Counted from the first letter of the stretch, positions 9,017 through 20,467 are shown. The stretch is 64,000 nt of DNA from an uncultured Ectothiorhodospiraceae bacterium (GCA_964641615.1 CAZXNH010000008.1:37717-101716), one strand, 5' to 3'. Numbers and translations are program-made. Notes: generated from the sequence alone by a model not told the origin.

Positions 9017-9880
9017 ATGATGAAGATCTATCTCAACGGGGAGTTCATGCCCCTCGAGGAGGCCAGGGTGCCGGTTCTGGATCGTGGCTTCCTGTTTGGT
9101 GATGGCGTTTATGAAGTTATCCCTGTTTACGGCGGTCATCCCTTCAGGCTGATCCAGCACCTGGATCGACTTGAGCGTAGCCTTAGAGAAACACGTATTC
9201 CCCTCGAATATTCTCTTGATGACTGGATGGCTATTTTCCAGCCGCTTATTGATAGCTGTGAAAGCGAAGACTGCGGCATTTATCTTCAGGTGACGCGTGG
9301 CGTTGCCATCCGTGATCACGCCTTCCCCAAGGCGGTGGAGCCCACAGTCTTTGCCATGGTTAACCCGATCAAGCCTGTTCCTGCAAAGGTTCTGGAAAAT
9401 GGGGTTCATGCCATTGCTCGAGAAGATATTCGCTGGTCTCGCTGTGATATCAAATCTATCTCGCTGATTGGTAATGTTCTGATGCGTCAGGAGGCCGTTG
9501 AGTCCGATGCGGCTGAGTCCATACTGATTCGCGATGGCCTGGTGACCGAGGGCTCGGCCAGTAATGTTTTTATCGTTAAAAGTGGTGAGGTTATAACCCC
9601 GCCCAAGGACGAACATCTGCTTGGGGGTATTACACGCGATCTGGTGCTTGAACTCTGTGTCACGCATGGGCTTGCCGTGCGCGAAGCGCCGATCAGGGAG
9701 CAGATGCTCAGGGCCGCTGATGAGATCTGGGTTACTTCATCAACCAAGGAAATCCTGCCAGTTACCGTGCTGGACGGTCAGCTGGTTGGTGAAGGCAAGC
9801 CGGGTCCGGTCTGGCATACCCTGGTAGAGCTTTACGGGCGTTGCAAACTGGCCCTGAGGCAGGGTGAACAGGCCTGTTAA
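9017..9880 (+). CDS. Class IV aminotransferase (D-amino-acid or branched-chain aminotransferase family)
   Basis: 287 aa. FGDGVYEVIPVYGG fits a fold-type IV PLP enzyme. Confidence 0.8.
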   Translation: MMKIYLNGEFMPLEEARVPVLDRGFLFGDGVYEVIPVYGGHPFRLIQHLDRLERSLRETRIPLEYSLDDWMAIFQPLIDSCESEDCGIYLQVTRGVAIRDHAFPKAVEPTVFAMVNPIKPVPAKVLENGVHAIAREDIRWSRCDIKSISLIGNVLMRQEAVESDAAESILIRDGLVTEGSASNVFIVKSGEVITPPKDEHLLGGITRDLVLELCVTHGLAVREAPIREQMLRAADEIWVTSSTKEILPVTVLDGQLVGEGKPGPVWHTLVELYGRCKLALRQGEQAC

Positions 9881-9923
9881 GCTGGCCTTTTATTCACGGT
9901 CACTCATCCCCATAATCAGCGCT

Positions 9924-10193
9924 ATGACTGAAGAAAATACCGAAATTATGGAGTTCCCCTGTGAGTTCCAGATCAAGATCATGGGGGAAGATACCGAGGA
10001 GTTTCACCTGACAATCCGAGAGATTGTCGTGCGCCATGCCCCCGAGGTGACTGATGAGTCCTTTGCCAGCAGGCAGAGTAGCAAGGGTCGTTATGTATCT
10101 ATTACGGCCACGGTGAACGCACAGAGCCGCGAGCATCTGGATAATCTGTATCGTGAGATTACCTCTTGCCACCTGGTGAAGTGGGCTATCTAG
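9924..10193 (+). CDS. ybeD: YbeD/UPF0250 family protein
   Basis: 89 aa counted from the internal [15 protein letters not shown] is characteristic of YbeD. Lies directly upstream of lipB as in E. coli. Confidence 0.8.
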   Translation: MTEENTEIMEFPCEFQIKIMGEDTEEFHLTIREIVVRHAPEVTDESFASRQSSKGRYVSITATVNAQSREHLDNLYREITSCHLVKWAI

Positions 10194-10206
10194 CCAGCTG
10201 GGTTTA

Positions 10207-10881
10207 ATGGATCAGTTGCATGTTCGATATCTGGGTCGTCAGCCCTATGAACCCGTGTTTGAGGCCATGCAGGCCTTTACCGATACCCGAGATACAGATG
10301 CCGCCGACGAACTCTGGGTTGTTGAGCATGAGCCGGTTTTTACCCAGGGGCTGAATGGTAAGTCGGAGCATTTGCTGGACACGGGTGATATTCCGGTTGT
10401 TCAGGTAGATCGCGGCGGTCAGGTGACTTATCACGGTCCTGGTCAGATCGTGATCTATTTGCTGGTGAATGTACGTAGAAAGGCCGTTGGCGTACGTGCA
10501 ATGGTGACTGCCATGGAACATTCGATTATTAATCTGTTATCTGGTTTTGGAATCACATCTGAAGCCAGGCCTGATGCGCCTGGTGTCTATGTTAAGGATG
10601 CCAAGGTGGCCGCTTTGGGGCTGCGAATTCGGCGTGGTTGCAGCTACCATGGTTTGAGCCTCAATCATGATATGGATCTGTTACCCTTCCAGAGAATTAA
10701 TCCCTGTGGCTACCAGGGGCTGGAGGTTACCCAGCTGAAAGATCTGGGAATTGCTTCAAGCTGGCAGGAAATAGCATGGGCACTGTGTGGAAATCTTGTT
10801 GAGGAACTGAAGTACTCTAGTCTTTCAGGTCAGCAGCTACCTGAGCCCGAAGCTATACCGAGTTATCCAGGAACAAATTAA
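10207..10881 (+). CDS. lipB: Octanoyltransferase LipB
   Basis: 224 aa. Conserved position, and LipB-like sequence ([12 protein letters not shown]). Confidence 0.9.
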   Translation: MDQLHVRYLGRQPYEPVFEAMQAFTDTRDTDAADELWVVEHEPVFTQGLNGKSEHLLDTGDIPVVQVDRGGQVTYHGPGQIVIYLLVNVRRKAVGVRAMVTAMEHSIINLLSGFGITSEARPDAPGVYVKDAKVAALGLRIRRGCSYHGLSLNHDMDLLPFQRINPCGYQGLEVTQLKDLGIASSWQEIAWALCGNLVEELKYSSLSGQQLPEPEAIPSYPGTN

Positions 10882-11831
10882 TGTCAGACAACAAGCGCGT
10901 ACAGGCAGGCGAAAAACAACGTGGTGCAGCCAAGGTCTCACGTATTCCTGTCAAGATTCAGGCGACAGAGAAACCATCCAGGAAGCCGGACTGGATTCGT
11001 GCCAAGGTGCCCGCAGGCCCCGAGGTTTCCCGCCTGAAGCAGGTGCTTCGTTCACGCAATCTGCATACTGTCTGTGAAGAGGCTACCTGTCCCAATCTGG
11101 GTGAGTGTTTCCAGCATGGTACCGCCACTTTCATGATTATGGGTGACATCTGTACCCGCCGTTGTCCCTTCTGTGACGTGGCCCATGGCCGTCCTGAGCC
11201 ACTGGATGCTCAGGAACCGGAAAACCTGGCGACCACTATCCAGGAGATGGGGCTGCGCTATGTCGTGATTACTTCTGTAGATCGTGATGATCTTCGAGAT
11301 GGTGGTGCAGGACATTTTGTTGCCTGTATAGAGCGTGCCCGTGAACTCAGCCCAAAGCTTAAAATCGAGGTGCTGGTGCCTGATTTTCGCGGTCGCATGG
11401 ATATCGCGCTGGATATCTTCCGCCAGGCGCCACCGGATGTTTTTAATCATAACCTCGAGACCGTATCCAGGCTTTACAGAGAGGCTCGCCCTGGCGCCGA
11501 CTACCAGTGGTCGCTGGATCTGCTAAAGCGGTTTAAGGAAGAGCATCCCGATGTGCCGACCAAGTCTGGTCTGATGCTGGGCCTGGGCGAAGAACTCTCC
11601 GAGGTGCACGAGGTGATGCAGGATCTGCGTGACCATGGCTGCGACATGCTGACCCTTGGTCAGTATTTACAGCCAACGCGTCACCATCTGCCGGTAAAGC
11701 GGTTTGTCACACCTGAAGAATTTGATGAACTGGCAGTACGAGCAAAAGAAATGGGCTTTAGCCAGGTGGCGAGTGGACCACTGGTTCGCTCTTCCTATCA
11801 CGCCGATCTTCAGGCTGCCGAGATACTCTGA
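10881..11831 (+). CDS. lipA: Lipoyl synthase LipA
   Basis: 316 aa. Radical-SAM CxxxCxxC cluster ([10 protein letters not shown]) and the N-terminal [12 protein letters not shown] cluster. Confidence 0.95.
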   Translation: MSDNKRVQAGEKQRGAAKVSRIPVKIQATEKPSRKPDWIRAKVPAGPEVSRLKQVLRSRNLHTVCEEATCPNLGECFQHGTATFMIMGDICTRRCPFCDVAHGRPEPLDAQEPENLATTIQEMGLRYVVITSVDRDDLRDGGAGHFVACIERARELSPKLKIEVLVPDFRGRMDIALDIFRQAPPDVFNHNLETVSRLYREARPGADYQWSLDLLKRFKEEHPDVPTKSGLMLGLGEELSEVHEVMQDLRDHGCDMLTLGQYLQPTRHHLPVKRFVTPEEFDELAVRAKEMGFSQVASGPLVRSSYHADLQAAEIL

Positions 11832-11898
11832 TTTTTTGCTTATGCGTACTAGCCAGCAGTCTCTATCCCGTATCGTTGACATCCGCTACTATGGCCTG

Positions 11899-12249
11899 AT
11901 GAAGATCTGGACCTTGCTAACAGTTTTACTGTTTGTGCCGACCCTGGTGCTGGCAGAAACCCCAGTATTTAATATTGGCCTGGAAGAATGGTCTCGCCCG
12001 CGTAGTGGGCAATTCATTGTGACATTGCCAGCCGTGCGCGAGGCTGTTTCCCTGTGGGAGACAAATCAGAATGCCCGTATTCAGATTCGCTATCCGGTGG
12101 GCGAATCAGGCAACCTCTGGGCGCAGGAGCTGTCTGACTGGTTGGTAGCACTGGGGATTGAGGCAGGAACCATAGATTTAGTGACGGGGAGTCTTCCCGA
12201 AGACCGGGTTGAAATCGCGCTGTTAGGTGTTGGAGGAAAAAGTGAGTAG
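11899..12249 (+). CDS. Small secreted hypothetical protein
   Basis: About 116 aa from the internal ATG, with signal peptide MKIWTLLTVLLFVPTLVLAETP. The ORF track's longer version (start 11704) overlaps lipA and is probably spurious upstream extension. Confidence 0.4.
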   Translation: MKIWTLLTVLLFVPTLVLAETPVFNIGLEEWSRPRSGQFIVTLPAVREAVSLWETNQNARIQIRYPVGESGNLWAQELSDWLVALGIEAGTIDLVTGSLPEDRVEIALLGVGGKSE

Positions 12250-13072
12250 GGTTGCAGCAATTCAAATGGCATCGGGTCCGCAGGTCGCGGCGAATCTCGA
12301 GAGTGCTTCTCGCCTCATCGATCTTGCGGCAGACTCTGGTGCCAAACTGGTCGTGCTACCGGAAAATTTTGCCATCATGGGTATGACCGAGCAGGACAAG
12401 CTTAAGGTCAGTGAAGAAGAAGGTCGTGGGCATATCCAGGACTTTCTGTCTAACAAGGCCCGTAGCCATGGTATCTGGCTGGTTGGAGGCACGGTGCCTA
12501 TTAAGAGTGATGATCCTGAGCGTGTTTATGCAGCCAGCCTGCTTTACGACGATCAGGGCAAGCTCGTAGCACGTTACAACAAGATTCACCTGTTCGATGT
12601 GCACCTGATGGATTCAGATGAACACTATGCCGAATCGGAAACCACGCTCAGTGGCGAGGACGTGATCGTAGTAGATACCCCGGTCGGGAAACTGGGTATG
12701 GCAGTTTGTTATGATCTGCGTTTTCCCGAGCTGTTTAGAAATATGCAGTCCCTGGGTGCCGAAATCTTTGTGCTCCCTTCCTCATTTACGGCCATGACTG
12801 GCCATGCCCACTGGGAAAGCCTGATTCGTGCCCGCGCCATTGAAAATCTTTCTTACGTGGTTGCCCCGGGGCAGGGTGGTTACCATGTCAATGGTCGTGA
12901 AACTTATGGTCACAGCATGATTGTTGATCCCTGGGGTAATGTGCTGAATCAGCTTAAGAGTGGTACCGGCATTGTCGTTGCTGACCTGGACATGGCGCGC
13001 CTGAATAAAATTCGAAACAGTTTCCCCTCCCTGGAGCACAGGCGCCTGAGTTGCGCGATTGGTGCGGCCTAA
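12227..13072 (+). CDS. Carbon-nitrogen hydrolase family protein (nitrilase/omega-amidase-like)
   Basis: 281 aa. Catalytic-triad context (VLPENF, the conserved Cys in MAVCYDLRFPE) and a position upstream of tldD that recurs in gammaproteobacteria. Confidence 0.85.
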   Translation: MLEEKVSRVAAIQMASGPQVAANLESASRLIDLAADSGAKLVVLPENFAIMGMTEQDKLKVSEEEGRGHIQDFLSNKARSHGIWLVGGTVPIKSDDPERVYAASLLYDDQGKLVARYNKIHLFDVHLMDSDEHYAESETTLSGEDVIVVDTPVGKLGMAVCYDLRFPELFRNMQSLGAEIFVLPSSFTAMTGHAHWESLIRARAIENLSYVVAPGQGGYHVNGRETYGHSMIVDPWGNVLNQLKSGTGIVVADLDMARLNKIRNSFPSLEHRRLSCAIGAA

Positions 13073-13090
13073 GTTGCTTAACGGAATCCT

Positions 13091-14533
13091 ATGAGTCAGA
13101 TACTTGATATTGCACGTGAGCACATCCTCGCCCCCTCGGGCCTGGATGAGGGGTCTCTTGAGGCCGTGTTGTCCAGAATGCTGGGCCCATCGATCGATTA
13201 TGGCGATGTCTATTTTCAGTTAAGCCGCTCAGAATCCTGGGCGCTGGAAGACGGCATTGTTAAGCACGGCACTTATAACATCGAGCAGGGTGCTGGTGTT
13301 CGCGCCATCAGCGGTGAAAAAACCGGTTTTGCGTATTCCGATGAAATTGTTCTGCCTGCATTAATGGATGCGTCCGTGGCTGCTCGTGCGATTGCTCGTG
13401 GCCAGCAGGAAGGACAGGTTCAGGCCTGGAAGGCACTGGCAGCCAATCAGTTGTATATGCCCATGGACCCTCTGGGTAGTTTGACCGAACAGGACAAGCT
13501 GGAGCTGCTGCAGCGGGCAGATGCCGAGGCGCGCAAGATGGACCCACGTGTTGTGCAGGTTAATGTCAGTCTCTCAGGGGTGCATGATGTGGTCCTGGTC
13601 GCTGCCAGCGATGGGACCCTGGCTGGTGATGTCCGTCCCCTGGTGCGTATGAATGTCAGCGTCATCCTTGAGCATGAAGGGCGTCGTGAACAGGGCTCTG
13701 CTGGTGGCGGTGGCCGTGTAGGTTATGACTTCTTCGTTGAGAATGATCAGGGCATGGAATATGTACGTGAGGCGGTGCGTTCTGCGTCAGTAAACCTTGA
13801 GGCGATCGACGCCCCTGCCGGCACCATGGACGTGGTGCTTGGGCCTGGCTGGCCCGGCGTTCTGTTGCATGAAGCCATTGGGCACGGACTGGAAGGCGAC
13901 TTTAATCGCAAGAAGACCTCGGCCTTCTCGGGTCGAATCGGTGAGCGCGTGGCTGCTGAAGGCGTTACCGTGGTCGATGATGGAACCCTGCCCGATCGTC
14001 GCGGATCTCTCAGTGTCGATGATGAAGGGGTGCCAACCCAGTCTACGACACTGATCGAAGATGGCATTCTGCGTGGCTATATGCAGGACAAGATGAATGC
14101 ACGTCTGATGGGTGTTGAGCCTACTGGTAATGGCCGCCGTGAGTCGTATGCACATCTGCCTATGCCGCGCATGACCAATACCTATATGCTGGCAGGCGAG
14201 CATGACCCGGAAGAAATTATTGCCTCGGTAGATAAAGGTTTATATGCCGTGAACTTTGGTGGTGGCCAGGTTGACATCACCTCGGGCAAATTTGTGTTCT
14301 CGGCCTCTGAGGCCTACCTGATTGAAAATGGAAAACTGGGGGCACCGGTTAAAGGTGCGACCCTGATCGGAAATGGCCCAGATGTGCTGACCCGTGTCAG
14401 CATGATTGGTAATGACCTGAAACTGGATACCGGTGTTGGTGTCTGTGGCAAGGATGGTCAGAGTGTGCCCGTTGGTGTAGGACAGCCCACCCTGCGTGTG
14501 AATGGCCTGACCGTAGGCGGGACGAGCAGTTAA
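13091..14533 (+). CDS. tldD: Metalloprotease TldD
   Basis: 480 aa with [11 protein letters not shown]. Confidence 0.95.
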   Translation: MSQILDIAREHILAPSGLDEGSLEAVLSRMLGPSIDYGDVYFQLSRSESWALEDGIVKHGTYNIEQGAGVRAISGEKTGFAYSDEIVLPALMDASVAARAIARGQQEGQVQAWKALAANQLYMPMDPLGSLTEQDKLELLQRADAEARKMDPRVVQVNVSLSGVHDVVLVAASDGTLAGDVRPLVRMNVSVILEHEGRREQGSAGGGGRVGYDFFVENDQGMEYVREAVRSASVNLEAIDAPAGTMDVVLGPGWPGVLLHEAIGHGLEGDFNRKKTSAFSGRIGERVAAEGVTVVDDGTLPDRRGSLSVDDEGVPTQSTTLIEDGILRGYMQDKMNARLMGVEPTGNGRRESYAHLPMPRMTNTYMLAGEHDPEEIIASVDKGLYAVNFGGGQVDITSGKFVFSASEAYLIENGKLGAPVKGATLIGNGPDVLTRVSMIGNDLKLDTGVGVCGKDGQSVPVGVGQPTLRVNGLTVGGTSS

Positions 14534-14534
14534 T

Positions 14535-15032
14535 TTACTGTTCGCTGATTTCCCGCAGGTATCGGAACAGATTTCGGGCGTTTTTGGGTGGTTTGCCCTG
14601 TTCGGCTTCCTTTGTTGCCTGGCGCGTCAGCTGGCGTAGTTTCTGTCGATCAGCTGCGGGATAGTCGTCCAGAAATTCGTTCAGGGCTGCATCTCCTTCG
14701 TCCAGTAAACGATCACGCCAGGCTTCTAGTCGATGGAAGTTTCGGTTCTGTTCCAGGGCTTTCGCCTTCCTGGCCTCGAGGGCATCGATGATGGGGGCCG
14801 GGTCAAGGTCACGCATGAGCTTGCCGATGAACTGGCGCTGGCGTTTAAGGGCCCCCTTTTTCATCTGGCGGGCATCTTCGATAGCCGAGACCAGGTTGTC
14901 TGGCAGCGGGATGTCTTCGAGTTCGTGAGCAGACATATTGATGAGTTGTTCACCAATTTTCTGGAGTGCGTCGGCCTCGCGTTTAAGCTGGCTTTTACTC
15001 TTTTCTTCGATATAGTCGTCAGTCGGTTCCAT
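14535..15032 (-). CDS. yjgA: Ribosome-associated protein YjgA/DarP (DUF615)
   Basis: 165 aa. Collinear with E. coli YjgA (KPPKNARNLFRYLREI at the C-terminus) and divergent from pmbA, as in E. coli. Confidence 0.85.
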   Translation of the reverse strand: MEPTDDYIEEKSKSQLKREADALQKIGEQLINMSAHELEDIPLPDNLVSAIEDARQMKKGALKRQRQFIGKLMRDLDPAPIIDALEARKAKALEQNRNFHRLEAWRDRLLDEGDAALNEFLDDYPAADRQKLRQLTRQATKEAEQGKPPKNARNLFRYLREISEQ

Positions 15033-15067
15033 AATGCTGATGTTAACCCGTACTAACAGGAGAGACC

Positions 15068-16411
15068 ATGTCTGAACCTCAAGCCATTCCCCATAGCGTG
15101 GATGAACTCGAAGCCATTGTGCAGAAGGTCCTGGACCTGTCTGCCGATCGAGGTGCTACATCGGCTGAGGCTGCGGTCAGTTCGGATACAGGCCTTTCGG
15201 TAACAGCCAGGCTGGGGGAGGTTGAGACGCTCGAGTATCATAAGGACCAGGGCGTGGGAGTGACCGTTTACTTCGGTCAGCGTAAAGGTTCATCAAGCTC
15301 TTCTGATCTCAGGCCAGAAGCCCTCACCGAGGCAGTCGAAGCAGCCTGCCGCATAGCACGTTACACCGAGGAAGATGAGTGCGCCGGTCTGGCCGATGCT
15401 GAACTCATGGCCTATGACTATCCTGACCTGGAGCTGGACTATCCCTGGGCTATCGATGCCGAGGCTGCTGTTGAACTGGCCAAACAGACCGAGGCCAATG
15501 CCCTGGAACTTGATGAGCGCATTACTAATTCTGACGGCGGTTCCGTTAATGCCTTTAGAGGCGCATCGGTATACGGTAACAGCCATGGCTTTATCGGCGG
15601 ATACAGTTCCACGCGTCATAGTATAAGTTGTTCTGTGATTGGTGAGACCGATGGGCTGATGCAGCGCGACTACTGGTACAGCGTTTCTCGCGATCCTTCT
15701 CAGCTTGAATCCCCCGAGCAGATTGGCCGCCTGGCGGCTGAGCGTACCCTGCACAGGCTGGGTGCCCGGCAAATTAGCACCCGTCAGGCGCCGATTATCT
15801 TTGCAGCGGATATCGCCCGAAGTTTTATTGGGCACTTTGTTGGCGCCATACGTGGTTCAGCGCAGTATCGTAAGGCTAGCTTTTTGCTCGATCACCTGGG
15901 TCAGCAGATATTTCCTGAAGAAATCCATATTCATGAACAGCCATATATTCATGGCGGGCTTGGCAGCGCTCCGTTCGACTCCGAGGGTGTTAAGACCCGA
16001 GAGAAGGATATGATTGCAGATGGCGTGCTTCAATCCTATGTGCTGGACAGTTATTCCGCGCGCAAACTCGGCATGCAGACGACAGGAAACGCCGGGGGTG
16101 TACGTAACCTGATGGTAGATCCCACGGCAGGAGACCTGCAGTCGATCATGCAGGATATGGGAACCGGTTTGCTGGTGACTGAGCTGATAGGGCACGGCAT
16201 CAACATGGTGACCGGGGATTATTCCCGGGGGGCCTCAGGCTTCTGGATAGAGAATGGTGAGATTGCTTACCCTGTTGAGGAAATCACGATTGCCGGGAAC
16301 CTCAAGAACATGTTCATGGGTATCCAGGCGGTAGGTTCAGATATTGATAATCGCGGCAGTATTCGAACTGGTTCCATTCTGATCGACCAGATGACAATTG
16401 CCGGAGAATAA
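15068..16411 (+). CDS. pmbA: Metalloprotease PmbA/TldE
   Basis: 447 aa. A TldD-paralog that partners with TldD. Confidence 0.95.
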   Translation: MSEPQAIPHSVDELEAIVQKVLDLSADRGATSAEAAVSSDTGLSVTARLGEVETLEYHKDQGVGVTVYFGQRKGSSSSSDLRPEALTEAVEAACRIARYTEEDECAGLADAELMAYDYPDLELDYPWAIDAEAAVELAKQTEANALELDERITNSDGGSVNAFRGASVYGNSHGFIGGYSSTRHSISCSVIGETDGLMQRDYWYSVSRDPSQLESPEQIGRLAAERTLHRLGARQISTRQAPIIFAADIARSFIGHFVGAIRGSAQYRKASFLLDHLGQQIFPEEIHIHEQPYIHGGLGSAPFDSEGVKTREKDMIADGVLQSYVLDSYSARKLGMQTTGNAGGVRNLMVDPTAGDLQSIMQDMGTGLLVTELIGHGINMVTGDYSRGASGFWIENGEIAYPVEEITIAGNLKNMFMGIQAVGSDIDNRGSIRTGSILIDQMTIAGE

Positions 16412-16461
16412 TACGACTGTTGTGACGGTCTATGATTTAAAATGGGAACCTTGGTGTCAGA

Positions 16462-17553
16462 GTGCTGTCTCTGATTCGTGATTATAAGGATTCAGGCAGG
16501 GGGCTAATGCGGTTCTTTTTTTCAGGGCTTCATCTTCGAATAGCAATTTTTTCTCTGCTGCTTTTATCTTTCAGCAGTGCGCTTGCCAGTAATGAGAAAT
16601 ATCAGCGCTTAGATCTACTGACAAATCATCCAGAGGGTATAGAGTACCTTACCTATAAACTCTCTTATAGCGGCCTGATCACCGGCTTCGTCTGGAAAGA
16701 TCTCGCTGATGTTTCCTTCCATATCCTGCCTGGTGAGATGGAGTTTCGGGGCATAAAAACCTGCGAAGGTATTATGCGTCTGACGACAGAAAATCATTCT
16801 TTCGCTGAACTCATTCATCCAATTCGTTATGAATGGATCAGCCTGTCCGATCCGGGGCTGGAGCGTACCTATCTGGTCGAGCAGATTGACCGAGGTAGAA
16901 GTGATAATCACCGAATTGTCTGGCTGGACTGGGATAAAGAGAAATTTCGTTTTTATAGAAAACGAGAACTTAAAGAAGTAGAAAAAGCCGAGGTCTGGGA
17001 TTTCGGTGATGATGCAGAAATTGTTTATGAATGGGATAAGGATGGACGCGAAACAGTACCTGAGTTTCTAGACCGCTATCCGCCAGTTAATGATGGCCAG
17101 CTCGGATATCTGATTCATGACAAGACCGAGAAAGGCCTGAAAACTGATAATGCGATAGATCCCCTGAGCCTCGTGTACAAGTTACGCCATCACGATTTCA
17201 ATGCGCAGCCCCAGATTGACCTGGTGCTAACCCTGGAAAAAGACATCGATATGTATCGCGCCACTTATGTGGGTAAAGATCAGATTTATATTGATAAGAC
17301 CCTGGTTGATGCCCTGATAGTCCAGGTCTCGCGCACAGATGAGAAAGAGGCTAAAAAAGAAGGCTGGGTGAAAATCTGGTTCAGTGATGACTCCGCTCGA
17401 ATCCCCCTGAACTTCCAGGCTGAGGCCCCGGTCGGGAAGATGCGGGTCCAGATTACCGAGCAGAGCCTGAAAAAAGCATCAGGCCAGGGAAGTTCTCTTC
17501 CCTGTGTGAAGCAGGTAAGCCTGTCCAGCGTCTCAGTCGAAACTAATCGCTGA
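16462..17553 (+). CDS. Secreted hypothetical protein, probably DUF3108 family
   Basis: 363 aa, about 348 aa if the start is at MRFFFSG. Signal-peptide-like hydrophobic N-terminus. Convergent with purN, where DUF3108 proteins sit in Pseudomonas-type genomes. Confidence 0.5.
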   Translation: MLSLIRDYKDSGRGLMRFFFSGLHLRIAIFSLLLLSFSSALASNEKYQRLDLLTNHPEGIEYLTYKLSYSGLITGFVWKDLADVSFHILPGEMEFRGIKTCEGIMRLTTENHSFAELIHPIRYEWISLSDPGLERTYLVEQIDRGRSDNHRIVWLDWDKEKFRFYRKRELKEVEKAEVWDFGDDAEIVYEWDKDGRETVPEFLDRYPPVNDGQLGYLIHDKTEKGLKTDNAIDPLSLVYKLRHHDFNAQPQIDLVLTLEKDIDMYRATYVGKDQIYIDKTLVDALIVQVSRTDEKEAKKEGWVKIWFSDDSARIPLNFQAEAPVGKMRVQITEQSLKKASGQGSSLPCVKQVSLSSVSVETNR

Positions 17554-18202
17554 CTTGATCCAGTTTGACTGGCTGTTGCAGCAGTTTGTCATCGAAGACT
17601 ACCCCTGATCCATCCAGGCGAATCCGGCCATCCGTAAACCAGGAGGCAACCAGCGGATAAATCACATGCTCCTGTTCCAGTACGCGGCTTGCCAGCGATT
17701 CAGGCGTATCATCTTCAAGGATGGGAACTTCGGCCTGAAGTATTGCCGGTCCACCATCCAGCTCCGGTGTCACAAAATGTACGCTGGCACCATGAATGTT
17801 ATCACCGGCTTCTATAGCACGCTTATGCGTATGCAGGCCACGGTACTTAGGCAGTAGTGACGGGTGGATATTCAGCATTCGTCCTTCAAAGCGACGCACA
17901 AAGTCTTCGGTGAGAATGCGCATAAAGCCCGCCAGGATGATGAGGCTGGGTTTAAAGTCCTCAATCAGATTTCCGAGGGCAGCATCAAAAGACTCTCTGT
18001 CATCAAAGTCTCTGTGATCCAGAACCCGCGTGGGGATGTTGGCTTTCTTAGCGCGCTCTAGTCCATAAGCATCGGCCTTATTGCTGATGACAGCGGCAAT
18101 CTTCCCCCTGATACGTCCATCCTGGGTCGCATCAATAATAGCCTGAAGGTTAGAGCCGCCTCCCGATATGAGAACGACAATCGAGGGCAACGGCTCCGTC
18201 AT
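17543..18202 (-). CDS. purN: Phosphoribosylglycinamide formyltransferase PurN
   Basis: 219 aa with a formyltransferase fold. Overlaps the purM stop by 4 nt. Confidence 0.9.
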   Translation of the reverse strand: MTEPLPSIVVLISGGGSNLQAIIDATQDGRIRGKIAAVISNKADAYGLERAKKANIPTRVLDHRDFDDRESFDAALGNLIEDFKPSLIILAGFMRILTEDFVRRFEGRMLNIHPSLLPKYRGLHTHKRAIEAGDNIHGASVHFVTPELDGGPAILQAEVPILEDDTPESLASRVLEQEHVIYPLVASWFTDGRIRLDGSGVVFDDKLLQQPVKLDQVSD

Positions 18203-19269
18203 GAAATTTCGACGCGGGGTTCCTGGTTGCTGCCAGATTCAATCTGACCAATTTTCCAGGCCTGAATATCATGCTGTTTCATCAGATCTATGGCCGCTGC
18301 GGCGTCTGTCTCCGGCAGGATAACCACCATGCCGATACCGCAGTTAAAGGTGCGCCACATCTCTTCATTGGTGATATTGCCGTTCTGCTGTAGCCAGTTG
18401 AAGACCTCGGGCATTTCCCAGCTGCGGGGATCGATGCGTGCCACAGTGGATTTCGGCATCACGCGGGGCAGGTTTTCAGTCAGACCGCCGCCGGTGATAT
18501 GGGCAAGCCCATGTACAGGCAGCTTGTTCAGCATATCCAGAAGGGCTTTGACGTAGATACGAGTGGGTTCAAGCAGCGAATCCCCCAGGGTTTTGTCACC
18601 CAGCGAGTCGCTTAGTGAAGCACCGCTAACCTCAAGTACCTTTCTGATCAGAGAATAGCCGTTTGAGTGAGGGCCGGATGAAGCAAGCCCAATCAGGCAG
18701 TCACCAGAGCCTACCTGGCTGCCGTCAAGCATATTGTCCTTGTCGACAACGCCTACGCAGAATCCTGCGAGATCATAATCACCCTCGCTGTACATGCCGG
18801 GCATTTCGGCAGTTTCACCGCCACTCAGGGCTGCACCGGCCTGCACGCAGCCTTCTGCGATGCCCTTGACCACATCTGCGGCCACATCCACTTCAAGGTG
18901 CCCGGTTGCGTAGTAGTCCAGGAAGAAAAGGGGCTCTGCACCCTGAACAATAATATCGTTCACGCACATGGCTACCAGGTCGATGCCGATAGTGTCATGT
19001 CGATTCATTTCCATGGCCAGCTTGAGCTTGGTGCCTACCCCGTCAGTACCGGAGACGAGTACCGGTTTTTTATAGCGGTCCAGGGGGATTTCAAACAGGG
19101 CGCCGAATCCACCCAGACCACCGAGTACGCCTTCACGCAAGGTGCGCTTGGCATGGGGTTTGATCTTTTCTACCAGGTCATTTCCTGCATCGATGTCGAC
19201 GCCGGCATCACGGTAACTGAGAGAGGTTTTCTGTTCTGAATCGGTCATTGGTATTGGCCCTGCTGGCAA
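18199..19269 (-). CDS. purM: Phosphoribosylformylglycinamidine cyclo-ligase PurM
   Basis: 356 aa. [10 protein letters not shown] is the PurM N-terminus. The true start may be at the internal MTDSEQ, about 7 codons downstream. Confidence 0.95.
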   Translation of the reverse strand: MPAGPIPMTDSEQKTSLSYRDAGVDIDAGNDLVEKIKPHAKRTLREGVLGGLGGFGALFEIPLDRYKKPVLVSGTDGVGTKLKLAMEMNRHDTIGIDLVAMCVNDIIVQGAEPLFFLDYYATGHLEVDVAADVVKGIAEGCVQAGAALSGGETAEMPGMYSEGDYDLAGFCVGVVDKDNMLDGSQVGSGDCLIGLASSGPHSNGYSLIRKVLEVSGASLSDSLGDKTLGDSLLEPTRIYVKALLDMLNKLPVHGLAHITGGGLTENLPRVMPKSTVARIDPRSWEMPEVFNWLQQNGNITNEEMWRTFNCGIGMVVILPETDAAAAIDLMKQHDIQAWKIGQIESGSNQEPRVEIS

Positions 19270-19357
19270 GGACGGAGATGGTATCTATAGACGAGGGGGC
19301 TGTAAACCGTTGCGCTTTATGAGGTGCTCCCTGACATGCTATCTTAGCGTCTTTCTA

Positions 19358-20467
19358 ATGACCTCGTGTTCTGACCCCGTGAATCGAATTCAATCATTAA
19401 TTATCGCTCTGTTGCTGAGCCTCCTTACCACGCCTTCTGTCTTTGCCGTTCAGGTGAAGGGGCTTTTTTCAGTACAGATTCCTGTAGAAACACGCGATCG
19501 CGAAGAACGTCTTGAAGCCATCAAGGAGGGAATGGGGCAGGTTCTGGTGCGTGTTACCGGTGATGGCAGCATCTCTCAGAATCCCGAAGTGAATGATGTG
19601 ATCCGTGGTGCTGCAGGTTATGTTCAGCGTTTCAGTTACCTGCCTGCAGAAGAAGACCGCTACGAGCTCAATATTGATTTCAATGAGGCCCGTCTTACCA
19701 AAAATCTGGTTAATCGCGGCCTGCCAGTCTGGGGCGCTGAGCGCCCATCAGTGCTTTCGTGGGTGGCAGTTTCACAGGGTAATTCACGCTATATGCTGGG
19801 TGAGCGTGATGGCAAGAAAGAGCGCGAGTTCATGAATAGTGCAGCACAGGAGCGCGGAATTCCCCTGATTTTTCCTGTGCTGGATGTTGAAGATAGAAAC
19901 AAGGTGCGTATCGGCGACATCGTCGGAGGGTTTTACGATACGGTGGATGCCGCGTCGGGCCGATATTCGGCCGATGCGATTCTAATCGGCAGGGTACAAA
20001 GGCAGTCAGGGCAGTGGATTGGTCGCTGGCGACTGAAAGAGGCTGAGCAGACCGTACTCTTTGAGTCCGAGGGGGTGGATCTTGAGACCGCGCTCAGACA
20101 AGGTGCGAATGGCGCAGCTTCTTATCTGGCTTCCTGGCATGCGACCCAGGGGTTTAGTGACCAGTCTGAAATTGTCATGGTTAACATCGATGCCATTCAG
20201 AGCATGACGGATTATCTGAAGGTTAGAGATTATCTCAAGGCCTTTGACACGGTGAGCAGTGTGCAGCCAGTCAGGGTGGCTCCACCGCAGGTGCTGCTTC
20301 GAGTGAACATGCGTGGTTCGGCGAGAAACCTGCAACGTCTGATCATGCTTGGGGAAACACTGCAACCTGTAGAGGCGCCAATGACCTATCCTGAAACGCT
20401 TCCTGGTGAAGCTCCTGCACCTGTTCCGGTAGCGCAGAATGAGCTCTATTACCGGTTGAGTCAGTGA
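19358..20467 (+). CDS. DUF2066-like secreted protein
   Basis: About 369 aa from the internal ATG, with a signal-peptide-like LIIALLLSLLTTPSVFA. Divergent from purM and followed by a CDP-alcohol phosphatidyltransferase and hda, the Pseudomonas PA0946-like context. Confidence 0.55.
   Translation: MTSCSDPVNRIQSLIIALLLSLLTTPSVFAVQVKGLFSVQIPVETRDREERLEAIKEGMGQVLVRVTGDGSISQNPEVNDVIRGAAGYVQRFSYLPAEEDRYELNIDFNEARLTKNLVNRGLPVWGAERPSVLSWVAVSQGNSRYMLGERDGKKEREFMNSAAQERGIPLIFPVLDVEDRNKVRIGDIVGGFYDTVDAASGRYSADAILIGRVQRQSGQWIGRWRLKEAEQTVLFESEGVDLETALRQGANGAASYLASWHATQGFSDQSEIVMVNIDAIQSMTDYLKVRDYLKAFDTVSSVQPVRVAPPQVLLRVNMRGSARNLQRLIMLGETLQPVEAPMTYPETLPGEAPAPVPVAQNELYYRLSQ

Noticed and set aside
11704-11898. 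Upstream extension of the post-lipA ORF overlapping the lipA 3' end
   Set aside because: The extension overlaps lipA out of frame. A signal peptide begins exactly at the internal ATG 11899, so the long form is unlikely.
19270-19310. PurR-box-like sequence GTAAACCGTTGCGC between purM and the DUF2066 gene
   Set aside because: Poor match to the E. coli PurR palindrome (ACGCAAACGTTTGCGT). This Pseudomonas-like lineage is not expected to use PurR.
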